Shown here: positions 50,215-59,358 of the stretch, in pieces
How positions within the stretch are numbered: position 1 is the stretch's first letter
How the letters are laid out: every line of letters begins with the position of its first letter
Origin: Planctomycetota bacterium
GTDB taxonomy: Bacteria > Planctomycetota > B15-G4 > JADJEK01
Direction: 5' to 3'
Assembly (NCBI GenBank): GCA_044225365.1
Contig: JBGAIQ010000004.1
Span: 160,001 to 224,000, forward strand
DNA length: 64,000 bases
Made by a program: the position numbers and the translations under genes
The notes under the pieces: generated by a model
Seen by the model: only the letters and a program-made list of their open reading frames with translations
Database searches by the model: none
What the model was told of the DNA's origin: nothing

Positions 50215-52182
50215 TCACCTCGAAGCGAAGACGGGCATCACGGTCGTCGTCGCCGTTGCATGGATGTCCTGCTTCAGCTTGTCGACGTCCTTGCGCAGCT
50301 CGCGCACCTCGTTGCGAAGATCGTTGATCATCTCGCGAAGCTCCTGATCGCCGCTCTCCGAAGGAGCGGGCGACCCGCGGCGGAGTTCCATCCTGCCACC
50401 GCTTCGCAGGCGCAATTGGCCCCCGGGCGCGGGGGGCGGAGCCACCTCTTCCGAGGGACTCGCGGCCTCGGGAGTCCGATTCTCGACCTTGTTGCCTCGC
50501 CGGGGGACAACGAGTGCGCGCGGCGCCGTGCGGAGCCGCATGCCCTGCGCGATCTTCGCCGGCAACTCCGAGTGGAGGCGGGCGAGTTTCGAGCGCAGCT
50601 TCTCGCCGACCTTCGCGTCGAGATCGATCTTCTTGCCGTTCACGATGATCGTCGGCAGGCGCGTGTTCTGTCCGTCGATGCGAATCTCCGGGATCTCCAC
50701 GCCCTGCGTGTGGATCTCGGGGATGACGATCTGCGGAATCGTGATGTCCGGAATCTTCATGCCCGGAACGACGACGCTGCCCTTCTTCACCTTGGCGACC
50801 TTCGTCTTTCCCGTATCGGGATCGACGGTGAGCGCGACGACGTCGTTGTCGCTCGCCCCTTCGGCGAAGGGGTCGGCTTCGGGCGCCAAATCGTCGGATC
50901 CGAGCACCGACGCAAGATCGAGGTCGCCGAGATCGATCTCGAACGCGCCCTCGTCGTCGGCGCAGTCGGTGCACGCATCGGTGCAGTCCGTGCACTCGTC
51001 CGCGCAGTCCTCCGCAGCTTCTCGAGCCTCTTCCGCGGCGTCCTCCGCAGCCTCTCGCGCCTCTTCCGCAGCGTCCTCCGCGGCGTCGGCTGCGTCCTCG
51101 GCCGCCTCCTCCGCAGCTTCACGAGCTTCTTCTGCAGCGGCCTCGGCTTCTTCGGCCTGACCCATCGCCTCGTCCAGGATCCCTTCGAGTTGATCTTGGA
51201 GTTGCGCGATCGCATCTTCGATCTGATCCCGCAGCTCGTCGCCAAGACCCTCGAGCTGATCGTTGAGCTGCGCGATCGCATCGTCGAGCTGAGCTTGTGC
51301 GTCCGAATCGATGTCGGCGCTTTCGCCGCCTTCGAAGATGCTCGCAACCATCGGCAATTCGATCGTCGCTGTCGACGGTGCGAGTTCGGTCGTCTCGACC
51401 GTCTCGACGGGTGCTCCGCCGACGACGACCGACTGCGAGGCCTTCGGCGGCATCGGAGCCTTCCCAGGCTTCGACCGCAGCTTGCTCGCTCCATTCACCG
51501 ATGGCGCGTCACTCGGTACGGCACCACCCACGCTACCGCCGACACCACCACCGAGCCCGCCGCCCGCGCTCTGACCGACGCCCACGGACGAGCCGAGCCC
51601 GGATGCGGAGCCACCCACACCGACCGGCGAACCGCCGCCGAGACTGTAGACGACCCCCGGCCCACCCGCGGTCGAAACGCCGCCCTGGCCATAGGCGATC
51701 ACGTTCGCAGAACCCGGACCGCTCGTCGAAATCGAGCCCGCGAGTCCGCCGATGGAGCCGTTACGGGCCGGCGGGAGAGTGAGCGACGTGACGCTGCTGT
51801 GCTTCGCCTTCTTCGTCGCTTTGGGCGGAGCAGGGGGTGCTGCTGGAATCGTGGAATCCGGGGCCATCGGGGCCATCGGGGCCATCGGGGCCATCGGGGC
51901 CATCGGGGCCATCGGGGCCATGGGAGCTCTGGGCGCACGCGGCGCTCGAGGTGCTCGGGGTGCGCGCGGGGCGCTCGGGGCGGCGATCGCCCCGGCCGCG
52001 GCTTGTCCCTCCTTCGGCGGGCAGTACGCAGCGAGCGTCAGGCCCGTCAACGGAACGCGACCGTTCACGTTCGCGGCGCCTCCGCCCATCGCGACAGCTT
52101 GTGCGGAGCCAGGGTTCAGGAAATACATCGCGCCGACGCCGAGCGTCAATGCGAGGCCAATACCGAGCTTGTTCGAGATCAC
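50215..52182 (-). CDS. Secreted low-complexity protein (PRA/MAP repeats, Gly-rich, acidic coiled coil)
   Basis: GTGA overlap with the M56 gene, GGAGG SD, signal peptide ending AQA. Confidence 0.8.
   Translation of the reverse strand: MISNKLGIGLALTLGVGAMYFLNPGSAQAVAMGGGAANVNGRVPLTGLTLAAYCPPKEGQAAAGAIAAPSAPRAPRAPRAPRAPRAPMAPMAPMAPMAPMAPMAPMAPDSTIPAAPPAPPKATKKAKHSSVTSLTLPPARNGSIGGLAGSISTSGPGSANVIAYGQGGVSTAGGPGVVYSLGGGSPVGVGGSASGLGSSVGVGQSAGGGLGGGVGGSVGGAVPSDAPSVNGASKLRSKPGKAPMPPKASQSVVVGGAPVETVETTELAPSTATIELPMVASIFEGGESADIDSDAQAQLDDAIAQLNDQLEGLGDELRDQIEDAIAQLQDQLEGILDEAMGQAEEAEAAAEEAREAAEEAAEDAADAAEDAAEEAREAAEDAAEEAREAAEDCADECTDCTDACTDCADDEGAFEIDLGDLDLASVLGSDDLAPEADPFAEGASDNDVVALTVDPDTGKTKVAKVKKGSVVVPGMKIPDITIPQIVIPEIHTQGVEIPEIRIDGQNTRLPTIIVNGKKIDLDAKVGEKLRSKLARLHSELPAKIAQGMRLRTAPRALVVPRRGNKVENRTPEAASPSEEVAPPPAPGGQLRLRSGGRMELRRGSPAPSESGDQELREMINDLRNEVRELRKDVDKLKQDIHATATTTVMPVFASR
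51859..51921. repeat. Perfect 9-bp tandem repeat (CGGGGCCAT)x7 encoding (Met-Ala-Pro)7 on the minus strand
   Basis: Read directly from the sequence. Confidence 0.97.
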
Positions 52183-53798
52183 GGTTTCCTCCGGGAATTG
52201 CTGCGGTCTGATTCGTTTTCGGTCGTCGTGGCGCTTCGCGAGGTGCGCGCGCGCCAATAGGCGGCGAGCTTCGTTCGCTGGCCCTCGAGGCGTTCGAGTC
52301 GAGATTCGAGGGCATCGAGTGATGCCTCGTAGGTTGCTGCACCGCTCTCGCCGAGGTCGGCGCGAACGGCGTGGAGTTCGCTCGAGAGCGCGGTGATCTC
52401 CGCGTCGAGCGAGGCGATCACTTCGGAAAGCTCGGCGCCGGCCTCGTCGTTCGCGAGAGCGAGGGTTCCTACGCTCGTCTCCTTCGGTGACGGAGTCATG
52501 AGTCCGACCGAAGGATGCGCGAGCGCAACGCGGCGCGGTGGCACGGCAACGGCAGGCGTCGAGATCGCGACGAGAGGGAGCACGAGGAAGACGAGCGGCG
52601 CGACGTTGCGTTGAGAGCGTTCGCGTTGAAGCGTGCGATCCTCGTCGAGCAGGCCTTCGATGCGCCGGCCGAGTGCGGATCCGAACTCCGCCATCGCGGG
52701 TGCGAGCGAACGCTGCGGCGCGTCGTGGATCCAGGACGCTACTTCGGCGAGGCAGCCCGCGAGAGCGAGGCCCGCGCCGAGTCGTTCCACCGCAAACGCA
52801 TCGCAACGCTGCTCGATCACCTCGAAGAGTTGGCGTCGCGCGAGGCGATTCAGCGGCTGGAAGAACATCACGCTCTCCAGCGTTCGCGCGAGAACGAGTC
52901 GCAGCGGATCGCGCCGGACGAGGTGAGCGAGCTCGTGCGCGAGCATCGCTTCTTGCTGACTGGGATCGAGTTCATCGAGTGCGCGAACCGGTACGCAGAT
53001 CTCGCGGTCGAAGAACCCGAACGCAACGGGACTCGCGATTCGATGGGAAGTCGTCAGCGACACGTGGAACGAGATGCCGAATCGAGCCTTCAGTGTTTCG
53101 AGGCGATCGAAGAGTTCGCCCGAAGGAACGAGACGTCGCTCGCGCAACGCCCGGCGCGACCGTACGACGAGGCACAGCAGCCAGAGCGCGCCGCCGATCA
53201 TCGCGAGCCCGAGCACCGGCGAAGCGATCACGCGAACCGATGGAACGGCAGCGCGGAGTCGCAAGATGAACGCAGTGATCGCCGAAGGAAATGACGACTC
53301 CTCGCCAGGTACCTTGCCGTGCACAACCAAGAGCTCGGCGGGCTTTGGGTCGGCGACGACGGAGGCACGCGCTTTTCCGTCCTTCGACTTCGCCTGGATC
53401 GGACCTCCGAATCCTTGGAATCTCCGAAGTGACGTGTCGTCAGGATCGTTCGAACGGGCGGGGAACTCGGCGGACGGCGCGTTCGGGCGACCGTCGTTCA
53501 CAACCTCGCATTCCTGCGACAGAGCAGAGCTCGGGGTTGTGGCGACGGGGTCGGCCGCCGCTCGCAGTTGAATTGTAGGTACGCGCGGCGCGGGCCCCGT
53601 GGCGAACTGGAAGCAGGTGGTGACGATGCCGCCGAAGAGCGCGGCGCTCCACAGCGCCTCGCGCAACGGATTCGAACGCGGCTTGGCGAAGCGAACGAGT
53701 GCGTACACCGCGACGATCAGCACGCTGCTGTGGATGAGGTAGGTCAATACGAACGCGAGAGCCTGATCGGCGAGCGGCGAGAGGGATGGCAGGCTCAT
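52179..53798 (-). CDS. M56 family (BlaR1/MecR1-type) metallopeptidase
   Basis: TM helices, SPVAFG, LAHELAHLVRRD, FFQPL, EQRCD, RRIEGLL. Confidence 0.92.
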   Translation of the reverse strand: MSLPSLSPLADQALAFVLTYLIHSSVLIVAVYALVRFAKPRSNPLREALWSAALFGGIVTTCFQFATGPAPRVPTIQLRAAADPVATTPSSALSQECEVVNDGRPNAPSAEFPARSNDPDDTSLRRFQGFGGPIQAKSKDGKARASVVADPKPAELLVVHGKVPGEESSFPSAITAFILRLRAAVPSVRVIASPVLGLAMIGGALWLLCLVVRSRRALRERRLVPSGELFDRLETLKARFGISFHVSLTTSHRIASPVAFGFFDREICVPVRALDELDPSQQEAMLAHELAHLVRRDPLRLVLARTLESVMFFQPLNRLARRQLFEVIEQRCDAFAVERLGAGLALAGCLAEVASWIHDAPQRSLAPAMAEFGSALGRRIEGLLDEDRTLQRERSQRNVAPLVFLVLPLVAISTPAVAVPPRRVALAHPSVGLMTPSPKETSVGTLALANDEAGAELSEVIASLDAEITALSSELHAVRADLGESGAATYEASLDALESRLERLEGQRTKLAAYWRARTSRSATTTENESDRSNSRRKP

Positions 53799-54187
53799 GG
53801 CTCACCCGCCTTCTCGCGTCGCCGCGATGCGATCTTCTTCTTGAGCGCTGCGATCTCCGTCTCCTCGATCTCCCCCGCCGCGAGGAGGTGATTGACGAGT
53901 GCGAGCGAATCGCCGAGGAACGCGCGGTCGACGAATTCGTCGACCATCGAGCGCTCGACATCCGCCTGCTGGTGGACGGCCCGGTAGACGAATACGCGGC
54001 CGTCGACACGATGATCGACGAGCGCCTTCGCCTCCATCTTCTTCAGCATCGTTGCGATCGTGGTCGGTGCGAGCCCGTGCTCTTCGAGAAGTGCTTGATG
54101 GACCTCGTTCGCACTCGCCTCCCCTCGCTCCCAGAGGACGCGCAGGATGGCGAGCTGCAGGGCTCCCAATTGCCGGGGTTGTCGCAT
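53795..54187 (-). CDS. BlaI/MecI/CopY family repressor
   Basis: LQLAILRVLW, LAPTTIATMLKKMEAK, GRVFVY, FLGDSLALVNHL; ATGA overlap with the M56 gene. Confidence 0.92.
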   Translation of the reverse strand: MRQPRQLGALQLAILRVLWERGEASANEVHQALLEEHGLAPTTIATMLKKMEAKALVDHRVDGRVFVYRAVHQQADVERSMVDEFVDRAFLGDSLALVNHLLAAGEIEETEIAALKKKIASRRREKAGEP

Positions 54188-54241
54188 CGGATTCTCCGGT
54201 CCAGCACTCGCGGCTTCCGTCGCACGAACGACCGCGTTAGT

Positions 54242-54255
54242 ACTACCTCGGTAGT
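54242..54255. promoter_or_regulatory. Putative BlaI-type operator palindrome
   Basis: ACTACC-TC-GGTAGT, resembling the ACTACA-NN-TGTAGT BlaI/MecI operator, 55 nt upstream of the blaI-like start. Confidence 0.7.
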
Positions 54256-54355
54256 TTGTCGCTTGTTGGATGAGTCTCAAGAAAAAAATCTCGAAGCCGC
54301 CGCGCGGCCGAGGTCGCGCGCGATCGTCGCGCACCGAGAATTCTCCGGTAGCGTC

Positions 54356-54382
54356 GCAACCGAACCGCGGCGTCCCACCGTA
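54356..54382 (+). promoter_or_regulatory. Possible ECF-type promoter
   Basis: GCAAC-N18-CGTA upstream of the ECF sigma gene, matching the generic AAC...CGT pattern. Confidence 0.3.
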
Positions 54383-54441
54383 TGAGTTGCGAATCGACTC
54401 CGGGATAGGCACCGGCTCTGCAGGAACCTCGGACCATTTCC

Positions 54442-54906
54442 TTGGAACAGATCGTCGCCACGCACGAAGCGCGCCTCGTCCGCTTGCTGACGCGAATCCT
54501 CGGCGATTCGCACGCGGCGCGCGATGCGGCGCAGGACACGTGGTACGCGATCTTCCAGGCGCGCGAACGACTTCTCGAGGGAGTCGATCCCTGGCCGTAC
54601 ATCCGCACGACGGGCGTTCGGAAGGCGATCGATCTCCTCCGAGGCCTGTCGCGCGGAGTCCCCCTCACGATCGTGGCCGATCGAATCGAGCAGCATCCGG
54701 CGCCAAGCTTGCGCGACGACGCGCTCGATCTCGAAGGCTTGTCACCCGAGGAACGCGCGTGCCTCACGCTCTACTTCGTGGAAGGTTGTTCGGTGAACGA
54801 AATCTCGAGACAACTGCATGCGCCCGAAGGCACGGTGAAGTCGTGGATGTTCCGTGGCCGCGAGAAACTAAGGCAGCGACTCCGCGCGAAGGGACCAACA
54901 CCATGA
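54442..54906 (+). CDS. ECF RNA polymerase sigma factor
   Basis: ARDAAQDT, KAIDLLR, LSPEERACLTLYFVEG, EGTVKSWMFRGREKLR; TTG start. Confidence 0.88.
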   Translation: MEQIVATHEARLVRLLTRILGDSHAARDAAQDTWYAIFQARERLLEGVDPWPYIRTTGVRKAIDLLRGLSRGVPLTIVADRIEQHPAPSLRDDALDLEGLSPEERACLTLYFVEGCSVNEISRQLHAPEGTVKSWMFRGREKLRQRLRAKGPTP

Positions 54907-55382
54907 TGCCGACCTCTCTCGATTGCTCCGCGCTGGTAAACGCCCTCGAACTCTCGAGCGTCGACGCCGAGCCCGATCTCGCCGCGATCGATCTCCATCT
55001 CGCGCGCTGTGCGAAGTGTCGCGCCGATCATCCCGAGGTCGCGTACCTGCGCGGACTACGAGATCCGATCGCGGCGGGTTCCCACTCCCCCCGCGTCCTC
55101 CGCTTCCACGGAATCGAAGGCGCGAGGATCCTCCGCCCGACTCGAGCGCTCGCCGCGGCGGCCGTGTTGATCTTCTGCACCTTCGCGCTCGATCGATCGA
55201 GGCAGCGCGTCTTTCACCCGATCTCTCCCCCGGCTCCCGACCAAACGTCGATCGCACGCGTGGGCCGCGTTCGAATCCTCCCCTCCCACCTGTCGAGCGT
55301 GACGACGACCGTCGCGAGTTCGACGGGAACCCGCAACTCCACGACCCGGCGCACGATCGCGCTCGATCCCCGAACGAACTGA
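54903..55382 (+). CDS. Zinc-binding anti-sigma factor (ZAS / zf-HC2)
   Basis: ATGA overlap; HLARCAKC (HxxxCxxC); one TM segment. Confidence 0.78.
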   Translation: MMPTSLDCSALVNALELSSVDAEPDLAAIDLHLARCAKCRADHPEVAYLRGLRDPIAAGSHSPRVLRFHGIEGARILRPTRALAAAAVLIFCTFALDRSRQRVFHPISPPAPDQTSIARVGRVRILPSHLSSVTTTVASSTGTRNSTTRRTIALDPRTN

Positions 55383-55397
55383 CGCGAGTTTCCATCC

Positions 55398-56711
55398 ATG
55401 TCGATTTCGATGCCCATCGTCACCGCCGCGGCGATCACTTCTCTCTTCGGAGCGACCCTCGACGCGCGCGCCCAAACGATCGTCGCAAAGGGTGACACGA
55501 CGATCGATCGAAAGCAGGAGCCCGGCGCGTCGCCCTTCGGCGACCTGATCGGCGAGCACACGCTGACGCCCACGAGCGGCGGTGAATCGCGATTGCGCTT
55601 CGTGCTCATGCGATCGAATCCATCGACGGTTCCCAGTGCCGGCGCCGGAGAGACCGATCCGCCGCAGGGCGTGAAGGCGGTCGATCGTTATCTCTTCGAG
55701 GTCCTGCGCAGTGTCGATCGCGATCGACTGCACGATCTCGTCGCGATCGACCAGCTCGTCACCCGCGTGAGCGAGGACACGAGGACGATCGAGCTCGAGC
55801 ATTCCATCGAGGTACAGGGACCGGAGGATTCGTTACGACGCGCCCTTTCGAAGCTGGACGCATTCGTCGCTGCGAACCGCACCCTCATCACGGTTTCGAT
55901 CACGGCGGCGAAGAAAGCCACTCCCGCGGCGAACGATACGGCGCTCGTTTCGATCGTCGACCAGGCTGCATGCGACGCGATCCGTTCGGCCATGAAGTCG
56001 GCGTCGCACGAGGTGCTCAGTGCCCCGACTCTCACGGTCTACGGCGGACAACGCGGCGAGATCTCGGCGTTGAACGACACTCCCTACATCGCCGATTTCA
56101 CCGTCACGGCCACGAAAGACGCACTCATCGCCGACCCCGTGATCAAAGTGCTCAAAGAAGGGATTCGCTTCAGCGTCACGCCGATCGTCGACGTCGATGG
56201 AGAGCACCTCCATCTCGCGATCGAGTCCTGGATCGGTCGCGTGCGCCGACCGATCCGGGAATTCCAGACGACGCTCGCGGCTGGGGCCGCGCAGGTCACA
56301 TTGCAATTGCCGGAAGCGCTCGAGACGCGGTGGAAGAGCGATTTCCTCGCAATGTCCCGCGACGACCACGCGGTGCACGTCGAGAAGATCCGTTTCGTCG
56401 AGTTCGACGACGAGAAGGGCGAGATCCCGGAGGAACTCGAGTTGCTGATCGAGGTCCGGCGCGCGACACCTCCTTCGAACGACGGAGGTCCCTTCAGCGG
56501 AATGGTGATCGGCGTGGACGCCTCGAACCTCCGCGTCTTCGTCACCTGTCGAGACTCGAGTGGGAAGACGACGACACTTCGAGCGAATCAGATCTCCATC
56601 TTCCGGGGAAACGACCCCGTGGGCGAATGCGTGGTTCTCGAGAATCTAGGCGGAGTGCTCGTGTGCAGGCTCGCGAAGGGAGAAGCCCGCGCGGGCGATT
56701 CCGCAAAGTGA
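55398..56711 (+). CDS. Secreted protein with a partial secretin-like domain
   Basis: Signal peptide ending ARA-Q; VLSAPTLTVYGGQRGEI...EGIRFSVTPIV resembles the type II/III secretin core. Confidence 0.65.
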   Translation: MSISMPIVTAAAITSLFGATLDARAQTIVAKGDTTIDRKQEPGASPFGDLIGEHTLTPTSGGESRLRFVLMRSNPSTVPSAGAGETDPPQGVKAVDRYLFEVLRSVDRDRLHDLVAIDQLVTRVSEDTRTIELEHSIEVQGPEDSLRRALSKLDAFVAANRTLITVSITAAKKATPAANDTALVSIVDQAACDAIRSAMKSASHEVLSAPTLTVYGGQRGEISALNDTPYIADFTVTATKDALIADPVIKVLKEGIRFSVTPIVDVDGEHLHLAIESWIGRVRRPIREFQTTLAAGAAQVTLQLPEALETRWKSDFLAMSRDDHAVHVEKIRFVEFDDEKGEIPEELELLIEVRRATPPSNDGGPFSGMVIGVDASNLRVFVTCRDSSGKTTTLRANQISIFRGNDPVGECVVLENLGGVLVCRLAKGEARAGDSAK

Positions 56712-56813
56712 ACATGCGGGCGGGCGCGGCGGCCCATTTCTCGTGATTTGGGAACCGAAGCGAGGAGTGATTTCGGGTAGGCTCTGGCCTTTTCCGCCTG
56801 TTGGAGCCTCTTT

Positions 56814-58469
56814 CTGTCTGCATCATCCGACTCGTCCGCGTTCGCCTCCCTCGGACTCTCCGCCGCGTCACTCGACGCGCTCGCGCGGGCGAACTACACG
56901 GCTCCAACCCCCATTCAGCAGAAGGCCATTCCGCTGGCTCTCGAGGGCCGTGACATCATTGGTTGCGCTGCAACCGGCACCGGGAAGACGGCGGCGTTCC
57001 TCCTCCCCATCATCGAGAAACTGACGGGAAAGCGCGGCCCGCGCGCTCTCGTCCTCGCCCCCACTCGCGAACTCGTGCAGCAGATCGCCGAGCACCTCGA
57101 ACGCTTCGGCGCATCGCGCGGAGTGCGCGGCGCCGAGATCATCGGCGGCGCGTCGATGGGCAATCAGGTCGCGCAACTTCGCCAACAGCGCGAAGTCATC
57201 ATCGCGACGCCGGGCCGCCTCCTCGATCACCTCGAACAACGCACCGCGCAGCTCGACCAGGTCGAGATCCTCGTCCTCGACGAGGCCGACCGCATGCTGG
57301 ACATGGGCTTCATGCCGCAGCTCAAGCGGATCATGCGCTACGTGCCCGAGCGTCGGCAGACGATGCTGTTCTCCGCCACGATGGCGGGGGAAGTCGCGGA
57401 ATTCGCGAAGCGCGCACTCCACGATCCGGCCCGCGTCGAGATCGAGCGCAGCGGGACGGTCGCCCGTAACGCCACGCAAACCGCTTTCGTGGTCAACGAA
57501 GCCGACAAGACCGCTCTCCTCCTCGCGCTGCTCTCGCAGGACGAAGAGACCACGCTCGTCTTCGCACGCACGCAGCGCCGCGCGGACAAGCTCGCGAAGA
57601 CGCTCGCTCGGCTCGGACATCGAGTCGCGCGGATCCACGGCGGACGCACGCAAGCTCAACGCGAGCACGCTCTCGATGGTTTCAAGTCGGGGCAGCATCG
57701 CGTGCTCGTCGCCACCGACATCGCGGCGCGCGGCATCGATGTGAGCGACATCGGTCACGTCGTGATGTTCGACATCTCGCGAGCGCCCGAAGACCACGTC
57801 CATCGCGTCGGACGAACGGCCCGCGCCGAGGCCGTGGGTCACGCGTCGACGTTCGTCGCGCACGAGGAACTGCGCGCGCTGAAGGACATCGAACGCTTCC
57901 TGCGTACTTCGATCACTCGCGCCGACCTGCCCGATCTCTCGACGTGGCGCGCCGAGATCGAGCGCGCGCGGTTCGCCGCCGAATCGCAGCATGCATCTCA
58001 TGCGCCGCGCGCACACTCCAACGCACCACGACGCGGACCGCCGCGCGAGAAGTCGCGCGGTTATGGAAAGTCGCACGGCAACCCGGGACATTCCGCAAAG
58101 CCGGGGCACGGCGGCAAGAAATTCGGAAGTGGACGCCGCGGATTCGCATTCATCGGCCGGTCGAGTTCGTCGCCCCGCCCGAGTTCCGCCCCACGCTCGA
58201 ATCATTTCGATTCGCCCGAACGCCGGTCCGACGCGCCCGTTCGCAACGACGAACGCGGACATTTCCGCAATGAACCGCGGCGCGAACACTTCGAGGATCG
58301 ACCGACAGGAAAAGGCGCGAATACCTTCAGTCGCGGTCCCTATGAAGGCCGACAAGACAACGTAGACCGCAGAGGTTCCGATTCCCGCCCCTCGGGTCAG
58401 AATGCTCCACGCGGCCGCTTCGACGCTCGCAAGAATCGTCCCTACCGTTCCCGAGGAGAGCGATCCTGA
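56814..58469 (+). CDS. DEAD-box RNA helicase (RhlE-like), probable CTG start
   Basis: Q motif FASLGL..YTAPTPIQ, ATGTGKT and PTREL lie upstream of the ORF-track start at 57075; also DEAD, SAT, ARGID, HRVGRTAR and an Arg/Gly-rich tail. In-frame TAG at 56778; GGAG (56803-56806), 7 nt, then CTG at 56814. Confidence 0.9.
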   Translation: MSASSDSSAFASLGLSAASLDALARANYTAPTPIQQKAIPLALEGRDIIGCAATGTGKTAAFLLPIIEKLTGKRGPRALVLAPTRELVQQIAEHLERFGASRGVRGAEIIGGASMGNQVAQLRQQREVIIATPGRLLDHLEQRTAQLDQVEILVLDEADRMLDMGFMPQLKRIMRYVPERRQTMLFSATMAGEVAEFAKRALHDPARVEIERSGTVARNATQTAFVVNEADKTALLLALLSQDEETTLVFARTQRRADKLAKTLARLGHRVARIHGGRTQAQREHALDGFKSGQHRVLVATDIAARGIDVSDIGHVVMFDISRAPEDHVHRVGRTARAEAVGHASTFVAHEELRALKDIERFLRTSITRADLPDLSTWRAEIERARFAAESQHASHAPRAHSNAPRRGPPREKSRGYGKSHGNPGHSAKPGHGGKKFGSGRRGFAFIGRSSSSPRPSSAPRSNHFDSPERRSDAPVRNDERGHFRNEPRREHFEDRPTGKGANTFSRGPYEGRQDNVDRRGSDSRPSGQNAPRGRFDARKNRPYRSRGERS

Positions 58470-59335
58470 ATCTTCAAGCCACACAACCCGATCGTGATCC
58501 GACGCGCCCCTGGACCTGGGGTTTCTTCGACTGGCTGCCGGGCGAAGGACGGACGCTCTTCTGGATCGTCCTGATCCACGTCCTCTCGATCGTTGGAATC
58601 GTCCTGTTCCCGCTTCCCAGTCTGAACGTCGGGCTCGCGGCCTTCGCGCTCGCCTTCCTCGGCGGGCTCGGAACGACCGTCGGTTATCACCGCGCACTCG
58701 CCCACAAGGCCGTCACGCTGAACCCGGTCGTACAGTTCTGCCTCACGTTCCTCGCGATGTTCAACGGCTCGGGCGCGCCCGCGACCTGGACGTCGAATCA
58801 TCGCAATCACCACATGAACGCGGAGACCGAGGCCGACGTCTCGAGCCCGCGCATCGGCGGTTTCTGGTGGGCGCATCTCCGCTGGCTCTGGCAGTCCTCG
58901 CAGAGCTCGCTCACGCGCTACGCACCCGATCTCGACACGCCGTACTGGCGCTTCTGGACCAAGGCGCAGCCCTTCGTCGTCGCTGCGTCGCTGTTCGTCG
59001 GTCTCCCCTTCGGCTGGCAGGCGTTCTTCTGGATGGGCGCGATTCGCCTCACCTTCTCGCTGCACGCGCAGTGCACCGTGAACTCGATTGCCCACATGAA
59101 GAAGGGCGTCGCTCCGGGCGAGGATTCGTCGCAGAACCTTCTCTGGCTCGGCTTCTTCCAGTGGTTCCAGGGTGAGAACTGGCACGGCAATCACCACGCC
59201 GAACCCAATTCCGCGCAGCTCGGCTGGAGCTGGCGTCAGCCCGACCTCGGCTGGGCCTTCATCTACGTGATGGAGAAGGTCGGCCTCGCGAGCCGAGTCC
59301 GCCGGCGCAAGGACGTGGCGCGAAAAGCGGCCTGA
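58466..59335 (+). CDS. Membrane fatty-acid desaturase (delta-9-like), probable CTG start
   Basis: His boxes HRALAH (upstream of the ORF-track ATG at 58757), HRNHH, HGNHH; N-terminal TM helices. GAGGAG (58453-58458), 7 nt, then CTG at 58466 overlapping the helicase TGA. Confidence 0.88.
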   Translation: MNLQATQPDRDPTRPWTWGFFDWLPGEGRTLFWIVLIHVLSIVGIVLFPLPSLNVGLAAFALAFLGGLGTTVGYHRALAHKAVTLNPVVQFCLTFLAMFNGSGAPATWTSNHRNHHMNAETEADVSSPRIGGFWWAHLRWLWQSSQSSLTRYAPDLDTPYWRFWTKAQPFVVAASLFVGLPFGWQAFFWMGAIRLTFSLHAQCTVNSIAHMKKGVAPGEDSSQNLLWLGFFQWFQGENWHGNHHAEPNSAQLGWSWRQPDLGWAFIYVMEKVGLASRVRRRKDVARKAA

Positions 59336-59358
59336 CCCCCCCCGAATCGATCGACTCG

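Noticed and set aside
51859-51921. CRISPR array
   Set aside because: Contiguous 9-bp in-frame repeat with no spacers and no cas genes.
56814-59335. Helicase and desaturase as 5'-truncated pseudogenes
   Set aside because: Both frames are uninterrupted, all catalytic motifs are intact, and SD-CTG pairs sit where the starts are expected.
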